The translations under genes were made by a program, and so were the position numbers. A stretch of DNA of 61,247 nucleotides, filler included. It is 11 parts of 11 records of this genome, joined end to end, with 100 filler letters (N's around TTAATTAATTAA, not from the genome) between each part and the next. Parts side by side here need not be neighbours in the genome. Positions count along the whole stretch, not along the records: positions 38,201 to 43,711 come from SRR15195285_1944; positions 43,812 to 50,872 come from SRR15195285_1950; positions 50,973 to 57,635 come from SRR15195285_1953; 8 more parts are not named here. One strand, 5' to 3'. Below are positions 43,110-57,062 of this stretch, piece after piece. The notes beneath the pieces are model-generated. The model saw only the letters and a list, made by a program, of their open reading frames with translations, did not search any database and was not told the DNA's origin. Positions within the stretch are counted from its first letter, which is position 1. Every line of letters starts with the position of its first letter.

Positions 43110-43811
43110 CTCATACCTAGCGAGCAAGCCCAGCCAGCCCCGCCGTCACGTGCAGGCGGCGGTGAAGAAAATCGAGAAGCATGCAAAGGCCCTCAATTTC
43201 GAATGGGCGAAGCCCATTGCGGAAAAGAACGAAAAGACATGGGACGACTGGCAGAAAGCAGCTGCGGAACGGGCGATGAGTCGCTACGAGTACACGCCCT
43301 CTGGCGGAGGCGTCTCGTCGTCGCTGTCGTCACCGCGGAGACGATCTAGTGCTTGCGCGACAGTCCACGCGGCGGCGTACCCCATGGCGATCATTGTCAC
43401 GAGGGCACTCGCAGCGATAGTGGGCCACGTGCTCGTTAGCTCTTCGCACGTGGCTACCATTTCCCCGCAGTCACACCGGAGGCTCATCGATTGGTTTTAC
43501 GAATTGATGTGTATCTTTTTGGATACTATCTACTTACGCGTGAGAGTCAAAGTAAAATTTGAATGTCATGACATTTTTCGGTCACGTAATCGCGTCGCTG
43601 TGTGTAAACTCATACGTAAGCTGCTCTGCCACTGGTTTCTTCGCAGCTGCTGGTGCCTTCGCAAGTACCGGTAGAACTCTACAGTATAATTTACCATACA
43701 AATGCATGTGCNNNNNNNNNNNNNNNNNNNNNNNNNNNNNNNNNNNNNNNNNNNNTTAATTAATTAANNNNNNNNNNNNNNNNNNNNNNNNNNNNNNNNN
43801 NNNNNNNNNNN

Positions 43812-45600
43812 AGAGCCAGAGCCAGAGCCAGAGCCAGAGCTCGACCATCGTGACGCGCTTTGTCGCAGTTCTACGGAGGCTCTGTGGAAGATCGGATATG
43901 AAGATAAAGCTCAGGGAACATACGACTCGAAAATTTTTTATGGCTACGAGACTGTTGGCCTGTACTTCAAGGAGCAACAGCTTTTCGATGAGGGTGAAGC
44001 AACCCACGGACCCATGGACTTAGCTTATGCACTGGGATTCCAGGTTCCGTGTGGCGCGTTCAGTTTCGCTGAAATGGGCCGAGCAGGACCTGGTTTTACA
44101 TACGACCACATCTTGGGGGTCAGCGGAACGCTTCAATGTCTTGGTGAGTACGAGCAGCGAATCATCAAGGATACCTATCAGATCAAAAAGCTATCTGTCG
44201 CACCTAGCATCTACGGCGAAAATAGGATGCAGTGGGAACCCTCGAGAGATGTTGTGATACTCACGGACGAGGAGCAATTTTACAGAGAAATTCAGCTCGA
44301 CGTGGCTAAGAAAAAAAAAGTAGTCGCTTGTCTGGTCTTCTTCGAGAATGAATCCAAGATGAACGGCTATGCGAAATACCTGGAAACCAATCAGATCGAG
44401 ACAACCAACCAATTTAAGGTCGCAGGAGAGGTGGAAAAGGCAGTCCTGGGCCACCGTGTTAGGCAAGCCGCGAGAAAAGGCTACTGCACGCTGTTCACGA
44501 AGATCCACGGACGGGGCCTGGACTTTGTATGTCACGATGATCTCGTCGATTCAAATGGAGGCATCCATGTTGTGCAAACATTTTTGAGTGAAGAGGAGTC
44601 GGAGGAAATTCAGATTCGTGGACGTTCCGCACGCCAGGATAAGAATGGGACATTCAAGCTGATCCTGCTGCAATCAGATTTAGAGAAATTCATGGGGTCT
44701 GCGACTGACAGCTACGTTGACCTGCACAAAAAGCGGCAAGATTACACGAACCAACTCGTAGGAGAGCGGGAAGGCAAGGTCAAACAAGCAGCCGAGCGCC
44801 ATCAAAAGTCGATGGAGTACGCAGAACACCTGCGCCGCGGAGATGCTGGCTTCGCAGAAGCGCTGAAATTCTTAAACGCACAATTCTACTCCAAGCCGGC
44901 CAACAAATCTGTCCTGTTCCTGCTTGACTATTCAGGCAGCATGGGAAATGGATTGATCAAAAACGCAATGGCATCGATGCACGACCTTGTGCATGAGCAC
45001 ATTGACGATGGCGACAGTGTGGCACTCACTCGCTTCACGCACGTCCCCAAAGAGGCGGTGCTCGGGTGGACACAGAAAAGCGGGAACGAACTGCAAATTA
45101 CCACAGCAATAGACGACTGCCACAATCCATCGGGCGCCACCTCACTCTGGGATGCTCTCGAGCAGGCGCTCGACCAGTCTCCGGCTGATGCAGATACCAA
45201 GCCATTTTGGATCGTGCTCCTGACGGACGGCATGGACTCTACTTCGCAAGGTCGGCCCAACAGTGAGTACCAGTACAATCCGGATGGTACACGTGTGCGT
45301 CGGACGGACTACGTCGAAGACAGAGTCCACGAGGCCAATATGATGGCGCGCTGCCGATCCGTCTTGCTGCCCAAGGTTCAGCAGTACAAGGCCCAAAACA
45401 AACTGGGGGGCATCGTTGCCATCGCGGGTGGTTTAGAAATAAATCGGCCAGTGGGCCAAGCGACAAAGGACATGCTGCAGAAAATGTGTGCGGCGGCGGG
45501 GGTCCAGGACGGATTGATTAGCGAGGCATCGGCGGAAAAGCTGCAGGAAGCGTTCGGGAAAGCTGCGGCAATCATGGCGAACACGGTCGGCCGACGGTAG
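43812..45600 (+). CDS. SecA-like SF2 ATPase (C-terminal half) fused to a VWA domain (5' partial)
   Basis: The frame is open from the contig start (EPEPEP). SecA-type motifs are ILGVSGTL, FTKIHGRGLDF and GGIHVVQTFLSEEESEEIQIRGRSARQDKNG. VWA motifs follow: LFLLDYSGSM, GATSLWDAL and IVLLTDG. Confidence 0.82.
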
Positions 45601-47100
45601 CCGACTGCTATCTGGTGTTCCAGTACGGCAATAGGTGCTGTGTACCCATTCTGGTGGACACTCAGTGAAGTACATTGCTCAAGTACAATGCTCTAGCTAG
45701 GTACACTGCCCAAACAAATTTGGCGCTGGCGTGCGGTCCAGCTCGTCTATCGCCTCCTGCTGCGCTGCCGAGTACGCAATTAGCGCGCTCGCCAGGTCGG
45801 CCTAGCTGTCCTGCATGCCGGCGATTTGCGCCGCGTGCGTCGTGGCCGTTGTGTTGAGGCCGTCCAGCTCTTTGTCCACGTGCGCATCGTCGAAGATGTG
45901 AGGTGAAGTTGTCACCTGCATGGATGACAGGTGAAGCTCGCATGTGCTCGAACTGAGTCCTGCCATCCTCATTTAACAGCGTCCGGGTCGCCGCGTCAGG
46001 GGATCGTTTTGATGCGTCGGCGAGTGAAATGGCGACACTGCTGGCGAAGAACGAGCTGCCTGCTGCTCGAGCATACTTGGACATCCTCGCCACGAAGCTT
46101 TCTTTGCCTTCAGAGTGTCCACCCTCTCCTGCAACTTGCCCAACTTGGTCTTCATGCCGGTCGACCTTCTTCTGCAACTCCTTGTTCTACATTTCTTCAG
46201 TGCCTGTGGCCGAAGCAATGTCGTTGGTTTCGAAAGTGTCGCCGCCTGCAAATGCACCTAAATGAGTCACCAAAATAATGCTACTTTGCCGCCGCTCTCG
46301 TGCCACTCGTACACTAGGCTGATGGGATGGAGACTCCTCTTTGTTGGCATGACCACGTGAAGCAGCACAGATGGGTTGATCTCGCCTTATGTCATGCCTC
46401 GCCTGGCAGCGTGTAGCTGCACTACCAGCATCCCACCTTCAATCAATAAATCAATCCTTAAGACCTGAATCGATCCAGTTCCTGGTGAGCTATATCATAA
46501 CTCTTGCGCCTCTGATCCTTTCAGGCGATACACAGTGAATTCACATCTAGTTAAGGGCGTGTCCTTGCGTGTGTACTACCACGATGCCACAATTTTAGCT
46601 GTTCGACGCGATGGTGATACAATGTGGACACAGTTTGGATGTAATGAATACTTGCCTGACTAAACATGGTTATGATCTGGAGGCGGCTGGCGTGCCCGTT
46701 GCACTGACTCTCAGCCAAAGCTAGCTGCGCGCCACCAAGTGTGATGATCCTCCTAGGCTGGCTGAGCATCTGGTAGTCGCTTAAAATGTGCCTTCAACGG
46801 GAGCTCGTACTCGAGGGTTGCATCGAAGCTTTAGAGCTCTATGTTTGTAGATGCTAGGTAAGGTGTTTCGTTCTGTGTGCTTCACATTGTACTTTTCCCA
46901 ATACAACACGCGATTGCTACTACTTCGCACGCGACCTCACCGAGTGCCAGTAGACACAGGGCATGAGATTCACAGATTCGATCTGCACGCACATGCCCAC
47001 ATACGACAGACCCCCTGTCTGTCTCATGGGGCTGGCTGCATGTCAACTGTGAACACGAAACACAGCAAGACTGGCTGTGCTTGGTGTCAGCGCTGCTGCG

Positions 47101-48228
47101 TCAGCTTTCTGCTCTCGCAATGAGCTGTGGCACATCTTTCTTCGCTACTATCCCATCGAGAAACAGCTCCCACTGCATCACCAGGCGCAATCGGACCCAA
47201 TCAGACTCAGCATCAACGAGATCAGCGGCAGTGTACTGCCAGCACTGTTACGCGAGCAAAACACAAAGCAGTTGGACCTGGGCTGACACTACCAGTAGGT
47301 TGCTGTTGGGAAAAGCATATCGCAGCAGAGAGGCCGGCAGTACTTGACTGACCTGGCGATACATCTGCGGGTAGTACATCGCCTTGCCATTGATGTGATA
47401 AAGAGAGTGCGCTGCACAGTACCGCTCCAGCTCGGCCCCGGGCATCTCGTGGTCAAACACGCAGCCGGCGCCCTGTTGCACGCAGGCCAACGCTTCCAGC
47501 AGCCCCTTGGCCTGCCCCAACGGCTTGTCCGTCACGGGCGCTGCGTTCACCAGCAGCTGGAACTCTGCGCTGTCACCAGGCTTGAAGAGCGTCGCTCCTA
47601 ACTCATCCGCACGACGGGAGGCTTCGTCTAGCCGCCGTCCTGTCAGGGCCACCGCGTACCCGAGCTCCTTCAGCACGTGAACCACCACGTTCGTGACGCC
47701 ACCATAGCCGTAAACGACGGCCGATCGCACACTGGCGCCGCTGGCACTGACGCCAGTGACGATCGCTTTCCTGAAGCCGTCTGCATCGGTATTGTAGCCC
47801 ACCAGCCGGTCGCCACGCCGCAGCACAGTGTTGACGGAGCCCACACGCTGCGCGAACTCATCCACATCGTCGAGGAAAGGCAGCACGCGGGCTTTGATGT
47901 CGCGCGATATCGCTCCGCCCACGCAGTTCAGACCTCGCAAGGCCCAGCAGAATCGCTCGGGGTCGATCGGGCTTCCGGGCGGCCCCTCCGCGGAAATTGG
48001 AATGTAGGCGACATCCACGCAGATCACCTCCTGCAGAAGCCGGCGGTAGCGCTCGAGCGAAGAGGGCCGACCGCTGGTGCTGAGGATGTATCGCGTGTTG
48101 GCTCCCACCTGCACGCTCACTGAGTCCACCTGCGAGGACTGAGCCGGCGCTTTCCTGCTGCTGCAGACTGCCCCAAGCACTGCGCCTGCCGCCGCCGCGG
48201 CGGCGAGCGAAGTCCGCTGCTGTTCCAT
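47101..48228 (-). CDS. Stand-alone shikimate dehydrogenase-like protein (AroE superfamily, SdhL-like), 2 exons
   Basis: GSVNTVL...GYNTDADGF, Rossmann VYGYGGVT and LLVNAAP. Intron 47173-47352 joins MYYPQMYRQ to WELFL; stop at 47101. Confidence 0.87.
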
Positions 48229-48648
48229 CGGTACAGAGCAAGGATCACGTACGCGCTGCCCCCGCGGGCCGCGGCGGGTCGGCTTCGCGTCGCGCGCGCT
48301 CGCGCGCGCCGCACCGCGCGGGGGGTCAAAGTGTGTGCAAAAGAATGCGTTCAGAAAAACGTATGAATTCGAGGAATGAAGAAGCCCACGAGTCGGCTCG
48401 TGCAGTCGCAGGTGCCGTCTGGCATTCGAGAATTGCGATGTGCGTCGAGTGAACGAGTGAATGAATCGATGAACGCCTGAAACCGCCAACCGGGGCACTG
48501 CATCCTGTCATCGGCGACGTCGGTGAACAGCCTGCAGCTGCGAAGGCCAACTTTTCGTCTGGCTGCAGGCCTGGCTGCCACAGGTGGGGCGCTGTGCAGC
48601 TGCTGGAGGCGAGGTCGCGTGGGTAGCCCCCTCGCGCCGTCCTCAGGC

Positions 48649-50394
<1,746 letters not shown>

Positions 50395-51575
50395 ACTTGG
50401 CACCTATTGCGCCTAGCGTGGTACGTTGAGGTATCTTCGCACAGGAAGCTTGAGGCTGGCGTCTGCTGGACGCACGGGTAGCGAATTGCCACGATCTCAG
50501 TTTATTAATCCCGGGCGGCCAGAGCCACAACAATCCACTGGTTTTCTACCCTATACGCACAGGTGTGTGTGGTGCATGGATGCGCACCGCCATCCAGGTG
50601 TGATAACAGGATCCAAGCAGAGGTCCGCGCCACGCAGTTCACTACAACGCAGCGACGGAACAGACTGCTGAGAACTGCCGGTCGACCAACGAGCGAAAGA
50701 GAAAGCGCGGTCACTACTCAGCCAGAAATCATGGGTTTATCCCATATTGCAATATCTGCGAGCGCAACGATTGGATTGAAAGTGCGGTTAAATCTGGTAT
50801 CACATTTGTTGCACTGTCGTGCCACCTTCTTCTCACCCACAGCCAGGCAGCCAGGCAGCCAGGCAGCCAGGCNNNNNNNNNNNNNNNNNNNNNNNNNNNN
50901 NNNNNNNNNNNNNNNNTTAATTAATTAANNNNNNNNNNNNNNNNNNNNNNNNNNNNNNNNNNNNNNNNNNNNACTCACAACCAATTCTCGCTCATGCATC
51001 TCCAGGTCGGGTGAGAAATCACTGGGGTAAGCCACCGTAAAATACAGACGAGCGTGCGCACTCACCCACGCACCACTCAGTTCACCCAGGCAGCACGCAG
51101 GTACGATAGTACGGTAGGCGGATCCCTGTACTGGTACCCGTGTACCGGCGGTACTACTACTGTAGCACTAGTAGTAGACATTCGAGAGACCGCCATCTTC
51201 TTCTTACATCTTAGCGAACAGCTGGACCGCCCACGGGTGCCGCGCAGCTAACAGGCTGCACTGCCTACTGTACAGCTACCCTGCCCTGCCCTGCACCGCC
51301 TAGCAAAGAAGGTAGCCGCCGCGCCTGTGTGTTGCTGTGTGCAACGCACAACACGCAGTGTACACACAGTGTGCGCACGGGCTGCGGCTGCACTGAGAAG
51401 ATCCAGCTAGCTGCCGACACCCGACAGTCGCAAACGCGCCTAGTTCTACAGCCTGTGTGTATAATACACGCTATTGTAGTCGCTACCGGAGCGACGAACG
51501 GAAGATCGGTGTGGTTAGGCCGTCCAGTGGGGATTGGAGTGCTCGCTGCTGGCTGCTGGGCGCTCACTGGGCGCG

Positions 51576-54500
51576 ATGACCACAGCCACGCGCGTGACCG
51601 TGAGGGGCTGCGGCGCTCTGCCGCTGCTGCTTCTGCTGCTCGCGGCGGCTGGACGCGCAGAAGAGCAGGGCGACGACGTCGTCGCGGACGCTCCGGACGG
51701 CACCTTCAACGGTGCGCCCATAGAAGCAGCGCGTCTCCGCTCGTAGGAGCGCTCGAGCCACTTTCTTGGAGCCGCTGGAGCCTCCAGCTGTCATGACGGC
51801 TCCGTGTGCGTGTGCGCTCGCCCGACGAGCTGTAGGGCTCCTCGAGAACGGCACGAAGATGTGGTTGGGCGTGCCTTATGCCGAGCCCCCAGTGGGTGAC
51901 CTGCGCTGGCGGAAGACGGTGCCGAAGGCGCAGCTATCGGCAGCGCTGGAGACCAAGCATTACTCGGCCGACTGCCCACAGATCGGCCCGGGCTGGCCGT
52001 CGCTGGGCGGCATGATCAAAGACTGCCACAACTTCATGCAAGGCTGCCCGAACATGACCTGGAGCGCTCTCACCAACGAGGACTGCGTAAGCACGACGCC
52101 TCCCACCATCCCACACCCTAGAGCCCACGCGGCCTGCGGTGGCCTTCAGAATGCCCCAGCCTGCTTCTGTGACCTCTCACGTGCCTCTGTGCGCGACTGT
52201 GGCGCCTGGCGCCGGCGGTGCGCGTTTCGCTCGGTGTGCAGCTGTACCTTAACGTCTATGCTCCGGCGGCCAGCACAGCCGCCGCTGCGCCGCTGCCCGT
52301 CATTGTGTACTACCCGTCCGGCGCCTTCCAATGGGGCGCATCAAACGACCAGGAAAATGACGCTTACCACAAAGCCCAAGCTGCCGGCTGGAAGAACGTC
52401 ATCCTCGTCACAGTGAACTACAGAACAGGAATCTTCGGCTTTCTGGCGTCCCCAGGGCTCAGCGCCCGGTCGGGCGACAACTCCTCGGGGCTCTTTGGCA
52501 TACACGATCAGACGATGGCGCTGAAGTGGGTGCAGCGAAACATCGCAGCGTGAGTTGTTCGCCCGCGCGCTGTCAAGCGCGCTGTGGCGCTACTGTCTGA
52601 ACTCCCAGCTTTACGGATGCTGCTGCTGGTGGCGCAGGTTCGGCGGCGATAAGAATCGCGTCATGATCTACGGCGAGTCGGCCGGTGCAACGTCGATGTC
52701 GCTGCACTTGGTGATGCCTGAGAGCGCCGGGCTCTTCCACGCTGTAGCCATCGACTCTGGTGCATTCAATCAGTGGACGTACCGATCGTGGGGCGAAGCA
52801 ATGGATGACTACAACAACATCAGCACAGCGATCGGATGTGACCAGTCTGGAAACGACACCGCGTGCTTCCTCTCGAAGTCGATGTGGGCCTTGCTGAACG
52901 TGTCGGACGCCTACTACGGCAACGAGACTGGAAGGACCCTGCCACACCCAGAGGCGATCAACAATACACAGTGGGGACCTGTGGTGGACGGAAATTTGCT
53001 CCCCCAACCGCCTATACAGATGCTGCGCGAGGGCAAGGTGTACGGGGGCCCGAGAGTGCCGGTCCTTCTCGGAAGCAACGCTGACGAGGGTACCACGTTT
53101 CTGACTGACGAGGTGTCCGACGAGGCTACCTTCAAGTCGTGGTGCAACACCAAGTTTGGCAATCACACGGGGGAGCTCGTCTCGGCCAAGTACATCGCCA
53201 TGCAGCCCCCTATCGACCCTGCCAACCCGGTACGCTATCCCACATCTCAGGTCTGTTGATAGACAGTGGTAGACAGAGTGCAACTTGTGCACCATGGTCG
53301 AGCAAGCCCGAATCGAGCTACTGAGTCTGTGTGCAACCCAGACTGACGAGGGTGCCGGTGCCCCCTGACTGTAGGACAAGAGCCATGACTACTGGGATGA
53401 CGCAGCTCAAGATGTAATCGGTGACTTCGTAATGCGCTGTCCGACCCGCGATGCAGCTGTGGCCCTCTCGGATCAGGGCCATGACGTGTTCCTCTACAAC
53501 TTCGTGCACCAACCGGGAGAATCCGTGAACTGGCCGACCGGCACCGAAGGACTGGGTGCTTTCCACGGCGCAGAGGTGCCATTTGTGTTCCACGACGACT
53601 TCGAGTTGATGGGCGGTGAAGTGAATCTGTCTGATACAATGGCGACGTACTGGACGAACATGGCATCCTCGGGCAACCCAAACACCTGGTCTGGGCCGAC
53701 AGTGAATCCCGAGGGGGGCAGACGCCGGCTGCAGCCCGGTCCTGGTCCCGCGAAACCGAAGCGAATCAAGCGCACGGCGAACGAGACGCACTGGTGGGAT
53801 TACCCTGGCATCGACTGCGACAGCGGTGTCTTCGAGCACGGGCACTGCACGAGTGTCAGCCACTGCAAGGCTGCATGCATGGAAGACGAGTATTGCGGTG
53901 GGTTCTTGATGAAAAAACACAAGCCCAACGGTGGCGACAAAAGCACTGAATCTTTCAGGCTCAAGTACGCCGACTGTGCACAGAGCATAGCTGGCACAGG
54001 GACTGAGAACTCGGTGCTGTACTTCTTGAGGGATATGGCCCAGCCTCCACCTCCTCCTCCGTACTTCCAGCTCCCAAGCAACTGTACATTGTTCGAGCAG
54101 CGCGGTCGCTGCTTCAACGAGACGATGGCCTACCGATCGATACCAGTGAATATCTCCTTGATGAAGAACCAGTGGCACAAAGGCATGGATGTGAACACTA
54201 CCTGTCTCAATCAATGCTGTGAAGCTTGCATGGAGGACCACCCGAAATGCAAGGGGTGGTTCGTGCCTCCGCCCAAGAACACCTCATCTGGCGGGAAGCA
54301 TCATAGTGTTTTCCCAGACGGTGAGACGGTTTGTCTGCTGATGGATCAGGATCATCCACCGAAGCCGAACTCCTTCTGCCTTGGTGCCGAAGCTCCAAAA
54401 TGGTGCGTAATTCTCGGTGGCAACACCAGCTAGCTGGCCAGCAGACTCTTGCGAGTTAGCCACAAGGTCCCTCGAACGGCATTTTCACGTATGCATGTTC

Positions 54501-55425
54501 CGTTGACGTCCACACTGCCCAATAGGCTGCCTCCACCCCAATGCCACGCGCGCTTTACCCCGTTTTCGCCGGGAGAGCGTGTGAACTGGACAGCATCATC
54601 ACAAGCACCCTCTTCGTCTGGAAAGCATCACTACCACGACGGGCCTGGTAGGTACTGCCCATATGTCACTATCTACGCCCACCCATATTCCTGCGCTGTG
54701 CAATCATCGTTCCGCTGTATCCAGCCACCGATGGCTGCGCGTTGGACTGCTCTGATGTATGCAAACCATCATGCCTCTCTTCCGCCCACCCGGTCGCACT
54801 TTCATACGATGCAGCAACCGAGTTGGACCAGGTCCGCTGGCCAGCTGTGCTAACGTGGTCGCGCTGTGCCACGCCACCGTAGTAACACGGAAGGTGTATC
54901 ACAACAAGACGTTTGCGGAATGCTGCGACTCCTGCTACAATGACGTGCAGGAGGGACCAGAGGGGATGTGTAGGACCTGGGAGGTGCCTGGGTATCCTGA
55001 AAACACCACCTGCTTTCTTTACGCTGGCTACAACATCAAAATGACCTACTCCAACCCCCGTGAAACCAACTACACTGGCCGTGGGGCGCGGCGCCACGAT
55101 GTCTACCCGGGGCCACCTCCACCACCAGCTCCATGTAGCAGCCCACAGAAGTTGATGCCCGTCCAGTGGCCGAAGTTTTCGACAGCAGATGATAAGAACA
55201 TCAGGCTTGATCTCTGCAACGTCACGATCGAGAGTGAGCTCAAGAAAGACATCTGTGTCTTCTGGGACGCGTGCGTAGAACCAACCGTCGGGCTCTGCTT
55301 TGCCTCGTTCGCGTCTGCGCTTGCTTTGCTCGGCCGACTTGAGATTGACCGTCGCGGTGTGGATGCTTGTGTATGTGAAGGGTCTTTCCAATCAACGCGA
55401 GCTATCCACCAGGCGAGTCAGCTGA
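51576..55425 (+). CDS. Secreted type-B carboxylesterase with inserted Cys-rich PAN/Apple-like modules, about 8 exons
   Basis: Signal peptide, then GVPYAEPPVGDLRW, EDC/LYLNVY, GESAG, GSNADEG and GAFHGAEV. In-phase introns at 51712-51835, 52087-52241, 52550-52637, 53230-53374, 54403-54525 and 54648-54882, plus a probable one at 55271-55412 (last exon tentative). Confidence 0.9.
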
Positions 55426-56057
55426 GACTCGGCGCAGCCAAGCCATGAAGTCGCTCATGAGTCGTGGTGGCATTGCACGCGTCGCAAGTATTGCGAGCAA
55501 GCAGCTGCCCGAGTCGCAACAGCAAGAACGCGCCCACAACGTCGACTAGTTACTAGCAGTTGTGCGACTAGTAGTTGTGTGGGATATAATAAGGAATATT
55601 GGTTTATCGTGGAAAATGGTGGGGAAGTCAACAAACACGAAATCGCTTCAATCATCTAACATGACTAGCTTCATTTTCGTTTTTCAAACGACAGCACTTG
55701 TTAGTGCAGGAACTAATTGGTTTGGACAAAAAAATCACTTGCACCCACGACTACTCGAAGCCAGGAAGCACCGCCGTCGAAGCCAGGTAGCCGTAGCCCA
55801 GGAACAGCGCACGACAACAACAGATGGTGTAGAAATCCCGATATATCGGGGGGACCACAGTGCTTCTCGCCAAGCTATGCCTATCTGCTGCCGGCGCCAG
55901 GGAATGCACGGATCCTTAATAAATAGTGAATCTCTATTCAAAGTCACTCACAGTTCACACTGCACAGCTGCTGTTCCTCTCTGCACGTTAATCATAAATC
56001 ATTGTACAACAAGCGTCCGACAGCTCGGCACAGACGAGCGCAGCGACCCGTCAGCCC

Positions 56058-56786
56058 TCAGGCTGGGGAGCTGTAATGTGCGAACACCGGCGAGTGCGAA
56101 AGCTCTGCGTCTTGCTTTCCGCGCAGGGGACGAAGCGGGATCGGCAGCGGCACACCGCTGGAGAACCACTCGGTCGCTTCTGCGCTCTCCTCGGTGCGGT
56201 CTGCCGGAGCGGGCGCCGAATCCAGCGGATGCAGTTCTGGGGAGGGCCTGTAAGTCTCCGGCCGCACCTGCAGTTCATCATCGTCCATCGGAAACATTTC
56301 GTCTTGCCGCTCGTCCGGATGCAGAGGAGCCCGTACATCGCGGTGTGGTCCCCGCCGATGGTCAGTCGCGAAATCCATGGGAGGGCTGCATCGGAGATCC
56401 ACATCATCCTCCGCAATGCTCGCGTTGATGCTTCGCGAGAACGAGGAACGCGGGTGGTGGAAGCACGGATCGACCAGCGTCGCGTTGTGCGCCCACCCAC
56501 TGCGCGTGCTGTCGGCTGCTTCATCCCAGGAGACGGGCTCGAACACCAAGTCTGTCGGTGGGCCGCGTTGAGGCGACACGCTGCGTCGCCCGAGTCGGAC
56601 TCCCGCCACGCGCTGCCAGGAGTAGTCCGTCGGCGCGGACGAAGCGGTGGGCATCGGGACCGCAGCGTCGGTCCGCCCGACCGGCGGCTCCGTGGTGACC
56701 GGCTGCGGCGCACCGCGGTCGGCGAACATGGCGGCGCTCCAGTCGAACCGAGGCGGCGAGCACGAGCTTGGCACGGGGCGATCCAT
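56058..56786 (-). CDS. Hypothetical disordered protein (exon structure uncertain)
   Basis: 242-aa ATG-started ORF in a GC-rich block with no recognisable domain. Competing overlapping ORFs exist. Confidence 0.35.
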   Translation of the reverse strand: MDRPVPSSCSPPRFDWSAAMFADRGAPQPVTTEPPVGRTDAAVPMPTASSAPTDYSWQRVAGVRLGRRSVSPQRGPPTDLVFEPVSWDEAADSTRSGWAHNATLVDPCFHHPRSSFSRSINASIAEDDVDLRCSPPMDFATDHRRGPHRDVRAPLHPDERQDEMFPMDDDELQVRPETYRPSPELHPLDSAPAPADRTEESAEATEWFSSGVPLPIPLRPLRGKQDAELSHSPVFAHYSSPA

Positions 56787-56925
56787 CGTGGTGAGTCGTT
56801 GGTCAGCCGGCTGCGCTACGGTCTGTGTGCGCGTCCGCTACCGAAGCGAGGTTGCTGTTGCTGCTGGGTGTCTGGGTGCCTCTGCGGAGCGCAGCAGTAT
56901 AGGTATCCTACAGTAGAGCGATTGG

Positions 56926-57062
56926 GATTGCACGACCGCGCTCACGCGTCACGGCCTACATGTACACTCGACGAGAGCCAAGTGTCGGAGTCACATTCAC
57001 AAGTGGCTGATTGCACGACCGCACCGTCACGCGCGGCCTACATGTAGATCTACACACGACGC
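56926..57062. repeat. Imperfect direct repeat, about 83-bp spacing
   Basis: GATTGCACGACCGC...CGGCCTACATGTA occurs at about 56926-56964 and about 57009-57046. Confidence 0.8.

Noticed and set aside
43812-45600. Bacterial or plastid secA contamination
   Set aside because: The motifs are divergent, the protein is fused to VWA, and the same contig carries intron-containing genes.
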